64,000 nucleotides of DNA from Heterodontus francisci (GCF_036365525.1 NC_090371.1:216807056-216871055), one strand, 5' to 3'; positions 38,868 through 51,350 are shown, counted from the first letter of the stretch. The notes: generated by a model not told the origin, from the letters alone. Translations and numbers: made by a program.

Positions 38868-41800
38868 TTTTTTTATTTACAAAATATACTTTATTCATAA
38901 AAATCTGTAAAAAATACATTACAAAACAGTTCAAAACAGCACCAAGTCAACAATACAAACAGTGCGAAGGAGATCAGTTTCCTTCAATACAGGAGTGAGT
39001 TGCCTCACAACCCTTCCGTGTACTTTTTGCCATGTACTTTTTGCAGCAAACCCATATTTTCTGGATACAGCCCGAGGGGTTTCCATGGATCAAGCCCTTG
39101 AATTCACCTTGGTGGGGGGACCTTACCCTGTGGTCTTTCCCCATTGCACCTTTGCTGCGGCTGCCCCAAGCTTTAGTGCGTCCCTCAGCACGTAGTCCTG
39201 GACCTTGGAATGTGCCAGTCTGCAACATTCGGTCGTGGACAATTCTTTGCGCTGGAAAAGCAGCAAGTATCAGGCAGACCAAAGGGTGTCTTTCACCGAA
39301 TTGATAGTCCTCCAGCAGCAGTTGATGTTTATCTCAGTGTGCGTCCCTGGGAACAGCCCGTAGAGCACAGACTCCTGTGTTACAGGGCTGCTTGGATTGA
39401 AATTCAACAAAAACCACTGCCTCTCTTTCCACACCTGCATTGCAAAGACACATTCCAGAAGGAGGTGGGCAACCGTCTCTTCCCCACCACAGCCACCTCA
39501 AGGGCATTGTGCGAAGGGGGCGAGATTCCGGGCGTGCAGGAAGGATCTGATGGGGAGGGTCCTTCTCACCACCAGCCAAGCTACATCTTGGTGCTTGTTT
39601 GAAAGTTCTGGAGATGAGGCATTCTGCCAAATGACTTTGGCAGTCTGCTCGGGGAACCATCCGACCGGATCCATCATCTCCTTTTCCCGTAGGGCCTTGC
39701 GGACATTCTGTGCAGACCACTGCCTGATGGATTGGTGGTCAAAGGTGTTTCTCCGCAGAAACATTTTCACGAAGGATAGGTGGTACGGCACGGTCCAACT
39801 GGATGGAGCGTTCAGCGGCAATGTAACCAGGCCCATCCTTCCCAACACCGGGGACAGATAGAACCTCAGCACGTAGTGACACTTAGTGTTTGCATACTGG
39901 GGATCTACGCACAGCTTGATGCAGCCACACACGAAGGTGATCATCAGGATGAGGGCGACGTTGTCCCCAGCACCTTCAGGTAGTCTGACCTGACGGTGAA
40001 GGGGACAAAGGATCGGTCAGCACAGTTCCCAAAGAAAATGGCCTCACTCTTGCCGTGGTTAACTTTGGCTCCCGAGGCCAGTTCAAACTGGTTGCCAATG
40101 CTCATCAGTCTGCGCACAGACAGCGGAACCGAGCAGAAGACGGCGACGTCATCCATGTACAGGGAGGTTTTAACCTGAGTGCCTCCACTGCCTGGGATTG
40201 TCACCCCTCTTATGCTCGCATCCTTCCTAATAGACTCAGCAAAGGGTTCAATACAGCAAACAAATAAGACCGGGGAGAGAGGACAGCCCTGTCTGGCTCC
40301 AGATTCGATCGGGAAACTTTCTGATTCCCACCCATTGATTGAGACTGCGCTACTGATGTTTGTATAGAGCAGTTGGATCCAATTGCAGATTCCCTCCCCA
40401 AACCCCATTTTGGAAAGCACGTCCATCATGTAGGTGTGCGATATCCTGTCAAAAGCCTTCTCCTGGTCCAGGCTGATGAGGCAGGTGTCCACCCTCCTGT
40501 CCCGCACATAGGCGATTGTATCCCTGAGTAGCGCGAGACTATCAGAGATCTTCCTGCCAGGCACAGTACAGGTCTGATCGGGTGGATCACCAACTCCAGA
40601 GCAGACTTGACTCGACTGGCTATGACTTTGGACAGAATCTTGTAGTCGACATTAAGCAATGAGATGGGCCGCCAATTTCTGATTTCTGCTCTCTCCCCCT
40701 TCCGCTTGTAAATGAGGGTGATGATGCCTTTCCTCATGGATTCTGACATGCTGCCGGCCAGGAGCATACTCTCGTATGCTTCCAGCAGGTCCGGGCTGAC
40801 CCAGTCCCACAGGGCCGAGTGCAACTCGACCGGTAAGCTGTCGCTTCCAGGAGTTTTACTCATCTCGAAGGACTCGACGGCCTTTGTCAGCTCGTCCAGA
40901 GTTACCGGCTTGTCCAGTCTCTCCCTCCTGCTGTCATCTAAGACCTCTGTGATAGATGACAGGAAGGACTGGGAGGCTCTGCTGTCTGTGGGCTTCGCGT
41001 CATACAGTCCAGCATAAAAGGATTTGCTGATCCTTAGTATGTCGGACTGCGAAGACGTTACTGAGCCATCTTCTTCCTTCAGGCTGCTGATAACAGAGCT
41101 CTCTCTGTGTACATTTTGGAAGAAGTAACCCGAGCACGTCTGATCCTGCTCGATGGAGCAGACTCTGGACCGGAGGATGATCTTGGAGGCCTCCTTGGCA
41201 AAGAGCGAGGCCTGCTGGCTCTTCACCTCTTGGAGGTCCTCCTTGACCTCAACCCCCATTGACTGCAACCAGAGCAGATTTTGCATACTTTTCTGGAGTT
41301 GGGACATTTCCTTCTGTCTCTCTCTCGCCCTCTGAACACCTTTGTGGATGAAGAACTTCTTGATGTTCTCCTTAATCGCTTCCCACCAGTGAACTGGAGA
41401 CTCAAAGAGGGGTTTCACGGTCCTCCAACCTTTGTAATCCATTTTGAGTTCCTCAACGTTCTCTGGGGTTAGCAGTGTAGAATTGAGCTTCCACGTCCCT
41501 CTGCCAACCCGCTGGTCATCCTGTAAGTGACAGTCGGCCAGTAAGAGGCAGTGGTCGGAGAAGAACACCGGCTTGACGTCGGTGGATCCGACCGTGATGG
41601 GACAGGACACAAACAGGAAGTCAATCCTAGAACGGGCAGACCCGTCTGATCTTGACCATGTGTATCTGCGCTGCGCTCCGCCTGCAGGTTTGCTGAAGAC
41701 GTCGTGCAGTTTGGCATCTTTAACTGTTTCTATTAGGAATCTGGACATAGCGTTTGCTGTCGTCACTGCCGGATCGTCCAGCCGCATCGATGATGCAGTT

Positions 41801-42850
41801 CAAGTCACCACCTAGGATGACCGGCCTGGACGTTGCCAGCAGCAGTGGGTGCTGCTGGAAAACGGTCAGCCGCTCGCTGCGTTGTACCGGGGCGTACACG
41901 TTGATCAACCGGAGCGGAGCGTTGTTGTACATTACGTCTGCTACGAGTAGGCGACCGCCCACCACCTCCTTAACTTAGGAGATGGTGAAGTTACCTCCCC
42001 GCAGCAGAATACCCAGGCCGGAGGAACGGCAATCATTACCCCCTGACCAGATCGATGGCCCGTGGGACCACCATCGCGACCACTGCCTGTAGATGCTGAG
42101 GTGTGGTATTCCACACTCCTGCAGAAACAGTAGGTCGGCTTTGACCTTGGCGAAGTAATCCAAGGTTGAAACACATCGCGTAGTAGATTTAATGCTACGC
42201 ACATTAATGGAAGCAATCTTTACACCCATTTTTTTAAAGTTAGTTGTTGCTTCCCATACCATTTGTCCTTGCTAGTCCCAGTCCTTCGGGATGTTCCTGC
42301 ATACCCATTGTGTGAGCAAGCTGTTTCACAATAGTTGGGCTCAGAAACCCCTCCTGGTTTTTCATGCAGGGGTTGTTCCGCTGGGGTGACATTGGGGGGG
42401 ACTTGTAGGCAGCAAAGATTGGGTTATCCTCTGCTGCTTCCATCTGTTCCTCCTCAAAAACATCACTGCTCCCGGCTTCCCGGAGCTGAGGTGCGCCAGA
42501 CGTGTCTTTGCTCTCGGTGTCCCTGAGCTGAGATGCGTTGGCCACGTCGTTACGTGTGGCACTTTGGGGTTAGGGCACGCCGGGCCCATCACAGCTTCCA
42601 GTGCCCGGGGGCTGGGTGGCTTAATCTTCCATCTCCTTGGAGTTCTGCTGCCTCTTTTGAAGGGGCTGTCGTTCCAGCACTCCCCTGTCCAGTGAAGAGG
42701 AGTTGTTGCAGTCTGATTCAGAAGATAGCCTCCTCTTGCCACTGGTTTGGGTTCCGCTTTGGGATGTTTTTTCTTTGTGGTTTTCCTCTGGACCACTTGC
42801 CACTGACCTGTTTGTCCATTTGCTGCCTCCTCCTCCATTGATTCTGTCTG
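38868..42850 (-). mobile_element. Tx1-clade copy B, 5'-truncated in ORF1, with an internal deletion
   Basis: APE (SINVRS, FFSDH), RT (QGCPLSP, YMDD); about 300 bp missing at 39964 relative to copy C. Confidence 0.92.
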
Positions 42851-43131
42851 AGGATGTCGCTGTGTTTTTTTTTATTTCCAAAATATACTTTATTCATAAA
42901 AATCTGTAAAAATTACATTGCCAAACAGTTTCCAAACAGCACCAAAAAATGCAAACATTGCAAGGGAGATCAGTTTCCTTCAATACGGTCATGGGTTTCT
43001 TCCCAACCCTTCTGTTTCACAATTGTCATGTCAATTACAGTTTTACATTTACAGCAATTGAGAATATTAACGATACAGTTCGAGGGGATTCCCATGGATC
43101 CAGCCCCTCAGTCCAGCTTGGTGGGGGAACC

Positions 43132-46100
43132 TTACACTGTGGTCTTTCCCCATTGAGCCTTTGCTGCGGCTGCCCCAAGCTTTAGTGCTTCCCTCAGCAC
43201 GTAGTCCTGGACCTTGGAATGTGCCAGTCTGCAACATTTGGTGGTGGACAACTCTTTGCGCTGGAAGACCAGCAAGTTTCGGGCAGACCAAAGGGCGTCT
43301 TTCACCGAATTGATAGTCCTCCAGCAGCAGTTGATGTTTGTCTCGGTGTGCGTCCCTGGGAACAGCCCGTAGAGCACAGACTCCTGTGTTACAGAGCTGC
43401 TTGGGATGAACCTTGACAAAAACCACTGCATCTCTTTCCACACCTGCTTTGCAAAGGCACATTCCAGGAGGAGGTGGGCGACCGTCTCTTCCCCACCACA
43501 GCCAACGCGGGGGCACTGTGCGGAGGGGGCGAGACTTCGGGTGTGCATGAAGGATCTGACGGGGAGGGCCCTTCTCACCACCAGCCAAGCTACGTCTTGG
43601 TGCTTGTTTGAAAGTTCTGGTGATGAGGCATTCCGCCAAATGACTTTGACGGTCTGCTCGGGGAACCATCCGACATGATCCACCGTTTCCTTTTCCCGTA
43701 GGGCCTTGAGGACATTCCGTGCAGACCACTGCCTGATGGACCGGTGGTCAAAGGTGTTTTCCCGCAGAAACTGCTCCACGAAGGATAGGTGGTACGGCAC
43801 CGCCCAACTGCATGGAGCGTTCCGCGGCAATGTGACCAGGCCCATCCTTCGCAACACCGGGGACAGATAGAACCTCAGCACGTAGTGACACTTGGAGTTT
43901 GCGGACTGGGGATCTACACACAGCTTGATGCAGCCGCACACGAAGGTGATCATCAGGATGAGGGCCACGTTGGGTACATTTTTCCCGCCCTTGTCCAGAG
44001 ATTTGAACATCGTGTCCCTCCGGACCCGGTCCATTTTAGATCCCCAGACGAAGCGGAAAATGGCTCGGGTGACTGCCACGGCGCAGGAGTGGGGTATGGG
44101 CCAGACCTGCGCCACGTACAGCAACAACGTGAGCGCCTCGCACCTGATGACCAGGTTCTTACCCACAATGGAGAGAGATCGCTGCCCCCACATGCCCAAC
44201 TTTTGTCGTACTTTGGCTACTCGCTCCTCCCATGTTTTGGTGCACGCCCCGGCCCTTCCGAACCATATCCCCAGCACCTTCAGGTAGTCTGACCTGACGG
44301 TGAAGGGGACAAAGGATCGGTCAGCCCAGTTGCCAAAGAACATGGCCTCGCTCTTGCCGTGGTTAACTTTGGCTCCCGAGGCCAGTTCGAACTGGTCGCA
44401 GATGCTCATCAGTCTGCGCACGGACAGCGGATCCGAGCAGAAAACGGCGACGTCATCCATGTACAGGGAGGTTTTGACCTGAGTGCCTCCACTGCCTGGG
44501 ATTGCCACCCCTCTTATGCTCGCATCCTTCCTAATAGACTCAGCAAAGGGTTCAATACAGCAAACAAACAAGACCGGGGACAGAGGGCAGCCCTGTCTGA
44601 CTCCAGATTTGATCGGGAAACTTTCAGATTCCCACCCGTTGATTGAGACTGCGCTACTGATGTTTGTGTAGAGCAGTTGGATCCAATTGCAGATTCCCTC
44701 CCCAAACCCCATTTTGGAAAGCACGTCCATCATGTAGGTGTGCGATATCCTGTCAAAAGCCTTCTCCTGGTCCAGGCTGATGAGGCAGGTGTCCACCCTC
44801 CTGTCCCGTACGTAGGCGATCGTATCCCTGAGTAGCGCGAGACTATCAGAGATCTTTCTGCCGGGTACAGTACAGGTCTGATCGGGGTGAATCACCAACT
44901 CCAGAGCAGACTTGACTCGACTGGCTATGACTTTGGACAGAATCTTGTAATCAACATTAAGCAGTGAGATGGGTCGCCAATTTCTGATTTCTGCCCTCTC
45001 CCCCTTCTGCTTGTAAATGAGGGTGATGATGCCTTTTCTCATGGATTCTGACATGCTGCCGGCCAGGAGCATACTCTCGTATACTTCCAGCAGGTCCGGG
45101 CCGACCCAGTCCCACAGGGCCGAGTACAACTCGACCGGTAAGCCGTCGCTCCCGGGAGTTTTACTCGTCTCGAAAGACTCGACGGCCTTTGTCAGCTCGT
45201 CCAGAGTTAGCAGCTTGTCCAGTCTCTCCCTCCTGCTGTCATCTAAGACCTCTGTGATAGATGACAGGAAGGACTGGGAGGCTCTGCTGTCTGTGGGCTT
45301 CGCGTCATACAGCCCAGCATAAAAGGATTTGCTGATCCTTAGTATGTCGGACTGCGAAGACGTTACCGAGCCATCTTCTTCCTTCAGGCTGCTGATAACA
45401 GAGCTCTCTGTGTGTACCTTTTGGAAGAAGTAACGCGAGCACGTCTCATCCTGCTCGATGGAGCGGACTCTGGACCGGAAGATGATCTTGGAGGCCTCCT
45501 TGGCAAAGAGCGAGGCCTGCTGGCTCTTCACCTCTTGGAGGTCCTCCTTGACCTCAACCCCCATTGACTGCAACCGGAGTAGATTTGGCATAATTTTCTG
45601 GAGTCAGGACACTTCCCTCTGTCTCTCTCTCACCTTCTGAACACCTTTGTGGATGAAGAACCTCTTGATGTTCTCCTTAATCGCTTCCCACCAGTGAACT
45701 GGAGACTCAAAGAGGGGTTTCATGGTCCTCCAACCATTGTAATCCCTTTTGAGTTCCTCAACGTTCTCTGGGGTCAGCAGTGTCGCATTGAGCTTCCACG
45801 TCCCTCTGCCCACCCGCTGGTCGTCCTGTAAGTGACAGTCGGCCAGTAAGAGGCAGCGGTCGGAGAAGAACACCGGCTTGACGTCGGTGGATCCGACCGT
45901 GACAGCACGGGACACAAACAGGAAGTCAATCCTGGAACGGGCAGACCCGTCCGATCTTGACCATGTGTATCTGCGCTGCGCTCCGTCTGCAGGTTTGCTG
46001 AAGACGTCGTGCAGTTTGGCATCTTTAACTGTTTCTATTAGGAATCTGGACGTAGCGTCCAGTTTGCTGTCGTCACTGCCGGATCGTCCAGCCGCATCGA

Positions 46101-46539
46101 TGATGCAGTTGAAGTCACCGCCTAGGATGACCGGCCTGGACGTCGCCAGCAGCAGTGGGAGCTGCTGGAAGACGGTCAGCCGCTCGCTGCGTTGTACCGG
46201 GGCGTACACGTTGATCAACCGGAGCGGAGCGTTGTTGTACATCACGTCTGCTACGAGGAGGCGGCCGCCCACCACCTCCTTAACTTCGGAGATGGTGAAG
46301 TTACCTCCCCGCAGCAGAATACCCAGGCCGGAGGAACGGCAGTCATTACCCCCCGACCAGATCGATGGCCCGTGGGACCACCATCGCGACCACTGCCTGT
46401 AGGTGCTGAGGTGTGGTATTCCACACTCCTGCAGAAACAGTAGGTCAGCTTTGACCTAGGCAAGGTAATCCAAGGTTGAAACACATCGCGTAGTAGATTT
46501 AATGCTACGCACATTAATGGAAGCAATTCTTACACCCAT
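43132..46539 (-). pseudogene. Tx1 ORF2 (endonuclease, RT, C-terminal zinc knuckle), about 1135 codons, two in-frame stops
   Basis: Starts MGVRIASINVRS; ORFs 45604..46275 and 43132..45591 are in frame; stops TAG near 46457 and TGA at 45604. Confidence 0.92.
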
Positions 46540-46552
46540 TTTTTACTAAAAA

Positions 46553-48073
46553 TTAGTTGTTGCTTCCCATACCATTTGTCCTCGCTAGTCCCAGTCCTTC
46601 GGGATGTTCCTGCATACCCATCGTGTGCGCAAGCAGTTTCACGTTGGTTGGGCTCAGAAACCCCTCCTGATTTTTCATGCAGGGCTTGTGCCGCTCGGGT
46701 GACATCGGGGGGGTCTTGTAGGCAGAGAGCATTGGGTTGTCTTCAGCTGCTTCCATCTGTTCCTCCTCGAAAACATCACAGCTCCCGGTCTCCCGGAGCT
46801 CAGGTGCGCCAGACGTGTCTTTGCTCCCTGTGTCCCGGAGCTGAGATGCGTTGGCCACGTCATTACGTGTGGGGCATTGGGGTTGGGGCACGCCGGGCCC
46901 ATCACAGTTTCCAGTGCTCGGGGGCTGGGATGCTTTATCATCCATCTCGGAGTTCTGCCGCCTCTTTTGAAGGGGCTGTCATTCCAGCATTTCCCCATCC
47001 AGTGAAGAGGAGTTGTTGCAGTCTGATTCAGAAGAGAGCCTCCTCTTGCCACTGGTTTGGGTGGTGGCTTTGGGATGTTTTTTCTTTGTGGTTTTCCTCT
47101 GGACCACTTGCCACTGACCTGTTTGTCCATCTGCTGCCTCCTCTTCCATTGATTCTGTCTGTGGAGGAGGGGTTTCCGGGCGCTGGGTAGGTGCTGGGTC
47201 GTTGGTTTCAGCTGCCTCCCCTTCCTTCTCAGGTTGAAGTTCCTCACTGCGGAGAAGGTTGCTGGTCTCCTTTCGAACAGCGGACGCCTTCGTCGAACCT
47301 TCTCCCGGCCTTTCCTTGGACCTTGCCGCCTGAGCATAGCTGAGGCAACGTTTGGGGCAGGTCTTGTAGAGATGGCCTGCCGCACCGCACAAGTTGCAAC
47401 ACTTAGTCTGCTTACAGTCCTTGGTCTGATGGCCTTCCTCCTTGCAGTTCTTGCAAACAACCGTGCTGCAGTTGGCTGCCATGTGACCAGATTTGCCACA
47501 GGTGCGGCAAACTCTGGGCTACCCAGCGTAGACCAAGAAGCCTCGACTTCCCCCGATAGCGAAGCTGGAGGGAGGGTGGATGATGGCTCCACTGGGATCT
47601 ACCTTCAAGGTCACCTTGACCTGCCGCTTACTGGTCCAGATCCCAAAGGGGTCCTTGACATCAGTGCTGCTGCCGGCCACCTCGACGTACCTGGCGAGAA
47701 AGGTGAGTACATCCACCACAGGAACATGGGGGTTGTCGAGGTGAATCGTCACCACCCGGTCCCGTTGTAACGGAAGCGTGAAGAGTGGCTCCGCTGTGAG
47801 GATCGACAGTGGCGCCCGGTCCCCTTTCTCCTTGAACGCCTTCAGGAACTTGATGCATCCCGCCACGTTCCGGAACGTCACGTCGAAGTATCCACTGCTG
47901 GGGAAATCCTGCAGGCAGAAGACGTCCGTCGCTTGAAATCCGCAGCAATCGAAGAGAATTTTCTTGATGAAGAAGGTGCGATCGACCGGTGCATCTCCTT
48001 CCTTGTCCTTCACGACCACCCGAAAGGTGTTGCGCACTCCCTGGCCCGAAGCTCGAAAATTGGTTATAGCCAT
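46553..48073 (-). pseudogene. Tx1 ORF1 (ZCCHC3-like N-terminus, 3 CCHC knuckles), about 506 codons, two in-frame stops
   Basis: CRTCGKSGHMAANC, CKNCKEEGHQTKDC, CNLCGAAGHLYKTC; ORFs 47519..48106, 46979..47482 and 46553..46945 share one frame. Confidence 0.9.
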
Positions 48074-48136
48074 TTTACTCAAAGCTTCCCCAGGATCAAA
48101 AGGCAATGATCATGGTCTCTTCTCAATCAAATAAGC

Positions 48137-48186
48137 ACTGATAAGAAAAGATACTACACTTGATCTTAGCCAAAAGGCCGAGAAGC
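48137..48186 (-). ncRNA. RNU2: U2 snRNA 5' fragment (nt 4-53) forming the head of Tx1 copy C; not an intact gene
   Basis: Reverse complement GCTTCTCGGCCTTTTGGCTAAGATCAAGTGTAGTATCTTTTCTTATCAGT matches vertebrate U2 (recalled consensus) at 49/50, including the GTAGTA branch-pairing motif. Confidence 0.93.
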
Positions 48187-48195
48187 TGTGTTTTC

Positions 48196-49140
48196 TTTTT
48201 TTTTTATTTCCAAAATATACTTTATTCATAAAAATCTGTAAAAATTACATTGCCAAACAGTTTCCAAACAGCACCAAAAAATGCAAACATTGCAAGGGAG
48301 ATCAGTTTCCTTCTATACTGTCATGAGTTTCTTCCCAACCCTTCCGTTTCACAATTGTCATGTCAATTACAGTTTTACATTTACAGCAATTGAGAATATT
48401 AACGATACAGTTCGAGGGGTTTCCCATTGATCCAGCCCCTCAGTCCAGCTTGGTGGGGGAACCTTACACTGTGGTCTTTCCCCATTGAGCCTTTGCTGCG
48501 GCTGCCCAAGCTTTAGTGCATCCCTCAGCACGTAGTCCTGGACCTTGGAATGTGCCAGTCTGCAACACTCGGTGGTGGACAACTCTTTGCGCTGGAAGAC
48601 CAGCAAGTTCCGGGCAGACCAAAGGGCGTCTTTCACCGAATTGATAGTCCTCCAGCAGCAGTTGATGTTTGTCTCGGTGTGCGTCCCTGGGAACAGCCCG
48701 TAGAGCACAGACTCCTGTGTTACAGAGCTGCTTGGGATGAACCTTGACAAAAACCACTGCATCTCTTTCCACACCTGCTTTGCAAAGGAACATTCCAGGA
48801 GGAGGTGGGCGGCCGTCTCTTCCCCACCACAGCCAACGCGGGGGCACTGTGCGGAGGGGGCGAGACTTCGGGTGTGCATGAAGGATCTGACGGGGAGGGC
48901 CCTTCTCACCACCAGCCAAGCTACGTCTTGGTGCTTGTTTGAAAGTTCTGGTGATGAGGCATTCCGCCAAATGACTTTGACGGTCTGCTCGGGGAACCAT
49001 CCGACAGGATCCACCGTTTCCTTTTCCCGTAGGGCCTTGAGGACATTCCGTGCAGACCACTGCCTGATGGACCGGTGGTCAAAGGTGTTTTTCCGCAGAA
49101 ACTGCTCCACGAAGGATAGGTGGTACGGCGCCGCCCAACT
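48196..49140 (-). mobile_element. Tx1-clade copy D, 5'-truncated and young
   Basis: Nearly identical to the 3' end of copy C; 19-bp TSD GCCGAGAAGCTGTGTTTTC at 48177-48195 and 49141-49159. Confidence 0.93.
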
Positions 49141-49149
49141 GCCGAGAAG

Positions 49150-49368
49150 CTGTGTTTTCAGTCACCTAAGCTTCAAGCTCTGAAATGTTCTCTTTTTGGA
49201 TCCTGCTTTCCTCTTTTAAGACACTCTTTAAAACTCACCTCTTTTCGTTATCTGACCTAATATCTCCTTTGTGGCTTGGTGTCATAATTTGTTTTATAAT
49301 GCTCCTGTAAAGCACCTTGGAATGTTTTATTATGTTAAAGGTGCTAAATAAATATATGTTGTTGTTGT
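49150..49368 (+). mobile_element. L2 3' end (right half, split by the Tx1 array)
   Basis: ttcagtcacctaagc..aagctctgaaat..aaaggtgcta..(gtt)n tail continues the L2 from 37109. Confidence 0.8.
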
Positions 49369-50249
49369 TATCTAACAGATTCATTGAAACAATAGCTCAG
49401 GATTTGCATATCACAGCATGCCCCATTAGTTAGATTTATTCCCTTACCCATCAGCCCGAACCTTTTTTGACCTGTAAATTGTTGGACTTCACAATTCATG
49501 GGGTATGTCTTTCTCACCACAAGTTGGATGATTTTACATATTAATAACAGCAAGCACCATTAAACTTGCCATTATTTTGGCAGAAAAAGTCTTGGCCAAT
49601 ATTTTACCATTCTACATTGAGGTTGCAGAACTCATACATTTAGAATTCTGTGCGCATTTGAACCGGGAATCGCTGGTCCTAACTGCTCTTTTTGCATTAC
49701 CACAATTATAATCAAGGCCCAATTTTAACTCACTCAATACCCATTCTCTTATACAGAGTTAAAATTAGGCCTTCCAAGTGTGAGTTTGTATCATAGATTA
49801 TACCTGCTGCCAAGAACTCATTCAACAGGCGACAGGTGGTGGGAAATCTAGTTCAAGGGAAGGTGGCTAATTTAAGGGAAGTGACCACTGTGGCAAACAA
49901 AAAATTATTGATGGACAAAAGAGCCATCTCACTTGCAAGTCCTATTGGGAAAGGATCTAGGAGAAGCACTAGAACAGGCTTTGGAGATATACAATAGACA
50001 ATGTTACTAAAGGGAAGCACCAGGGTAATAATTCAGTAATAGCACAAACATTGATCATATATTGGGCATGAGATATTACTATACTTAATTTTTAAAAAAT
50101 TTCAGAGTTTTCTCAGATAGTGCAGTGCAAGATAACAGCAGATTGAAGGACAGCTGAGTTAATGCAGCAGAAATTGTTGGTTATCGTATTATTGGCTATT
50201 GTGTATAATTGGTGAGAACTATTATGGCATTGTGCAGGTGAGGTACTTA

Positions 50250-51350
50250 ACTGAAAGCCTTGTCTATGAGAGTCTGTCTATTGAGGTGTTTCAGCAGGAG
50301 TATCTTCAGAGTCGTTGCCAGGGTCCTGATATGCCCTTGGATGCAATTGGGCCTCCTCCACCTGCTCTGTTGCCAGGCCTGTATGGATTACAGAGTTATA
50401 TGGCATGAAGGGGACAATAATGATTTTGGAGACTCTGGTGGAGATGCACTGTAATAAATCTGTCCAGGTGTCAGAAACACTGCATCAAGATGCTTAGGAT
50501 ACTACTCCTAATGTAGCATAATCCTCATTGTATGTGGGTTCATTCAGTCTTCCTGGCTATTGCAATGGTGTCATGAGAGGATAGCCTTTGAGACCTATGA
50601 GTCATCCTTCCAGTCTGGTTATTCCTTCAAATAATCCGGACATAGGATTCCTCAAAATAAAATAATCATGACTTGCAAGAGAGGTGGGCGTTCACCTGTA
50701 TATTCCTTGTTGCTGGTCATTGACCACTTGGATACTGATGGAGTGGAACTCTCTAGAGCTTGTTCAAGATTTAGGACTCTGTATGGATCCAGGTGGCTGC
50801 ATGGATGCTATTAATAAAGCCTTGAGCTTTGGGGAATTTTGCAAGTGGATGAGTTGTGGCACCTTCTCAATCGGCTGCTAGTTTCTCATGGGAAAATAAT
50901 GAAAGTGTTTCTCCTGTCAAACCTCTTTGATGCATCAGTGCATTGCAGATTGACTCATGCTGTCACTGTTCCCTGCGATAGCTTGGAAATGAGTCTAAGG
51001 ATTAAAAGTTCAAGGCTGTGGGAATGACGAGGCTATTCCAGGCCTGTGGGCGGTTGTCTGTTGACAGGTTTCAGGAGATGGCACTACCCCAACTGTTCCT
51101 GTTGAAGGGGAGTCTGCAAAAGCGGTTGTTCTTGGACATTCCAAGCTAATTGTGCCTGAATCTTTCTGTGGGCTGCAGGAGTAAGGATGATGTAAGTGCA
51201 CCTCCAATGTAAGTGAACACGCCCCACCTTCCATCCTCTCCTTAAAACACAAAGCGAGATGGATGGTCATAGAAATTCCCATGTTCCCTCTTTTGATTGT
51301 AGCAAAAACCAGCAAACAAGCAATCATGAATCCAGCTATCACAACATCTG
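50250..51350 (-). mobile_element. Decayed Harbinger transposase
   Basis: Minus strand FPKAQGFINSIH, FHSISIQVV, SHDYFILR, G*LIGLKGYPLMTP (HARBI1 DDE motifs). Confidence 0.7.

Larger units (their letters stand above)
42865..48186 (-). mobile_element. Full-length Tx1-clade (Keno-like) non-LTR retrotransposon, copy C
   Basis: U2 head, ORF1 with 3 CCHC knuckles, ORF2 APE-RT-Zn, AATAAA plus poly(A); TSD GCTGTGTTTT at 42859-42868 and 48185-48194. Confidence 0.95.

Noticed and set aside
46979-48106. Host ZCCHC3 gene
   Set aside because: It is ORF1 of a TSD-flanked retrotransposon and has nonsense mutations
48137-48186. Functional U2 snRNA gene
   Set aside because: Only nt 4-53 are present; no Sm site or 3' stem-loops, and it lies within the retrotransposon's TSD
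37453-49183. Many + strand and alternate-frame ORFs over the Tx1 copies
   Set aside because: Antisense shadows of GC-rich coding sequence, with no recognisable motifs
50250-51350. Domesticated HARBI1 gene
   Set aside because: Multiple stops and frameshifts indicate a decayed transposon
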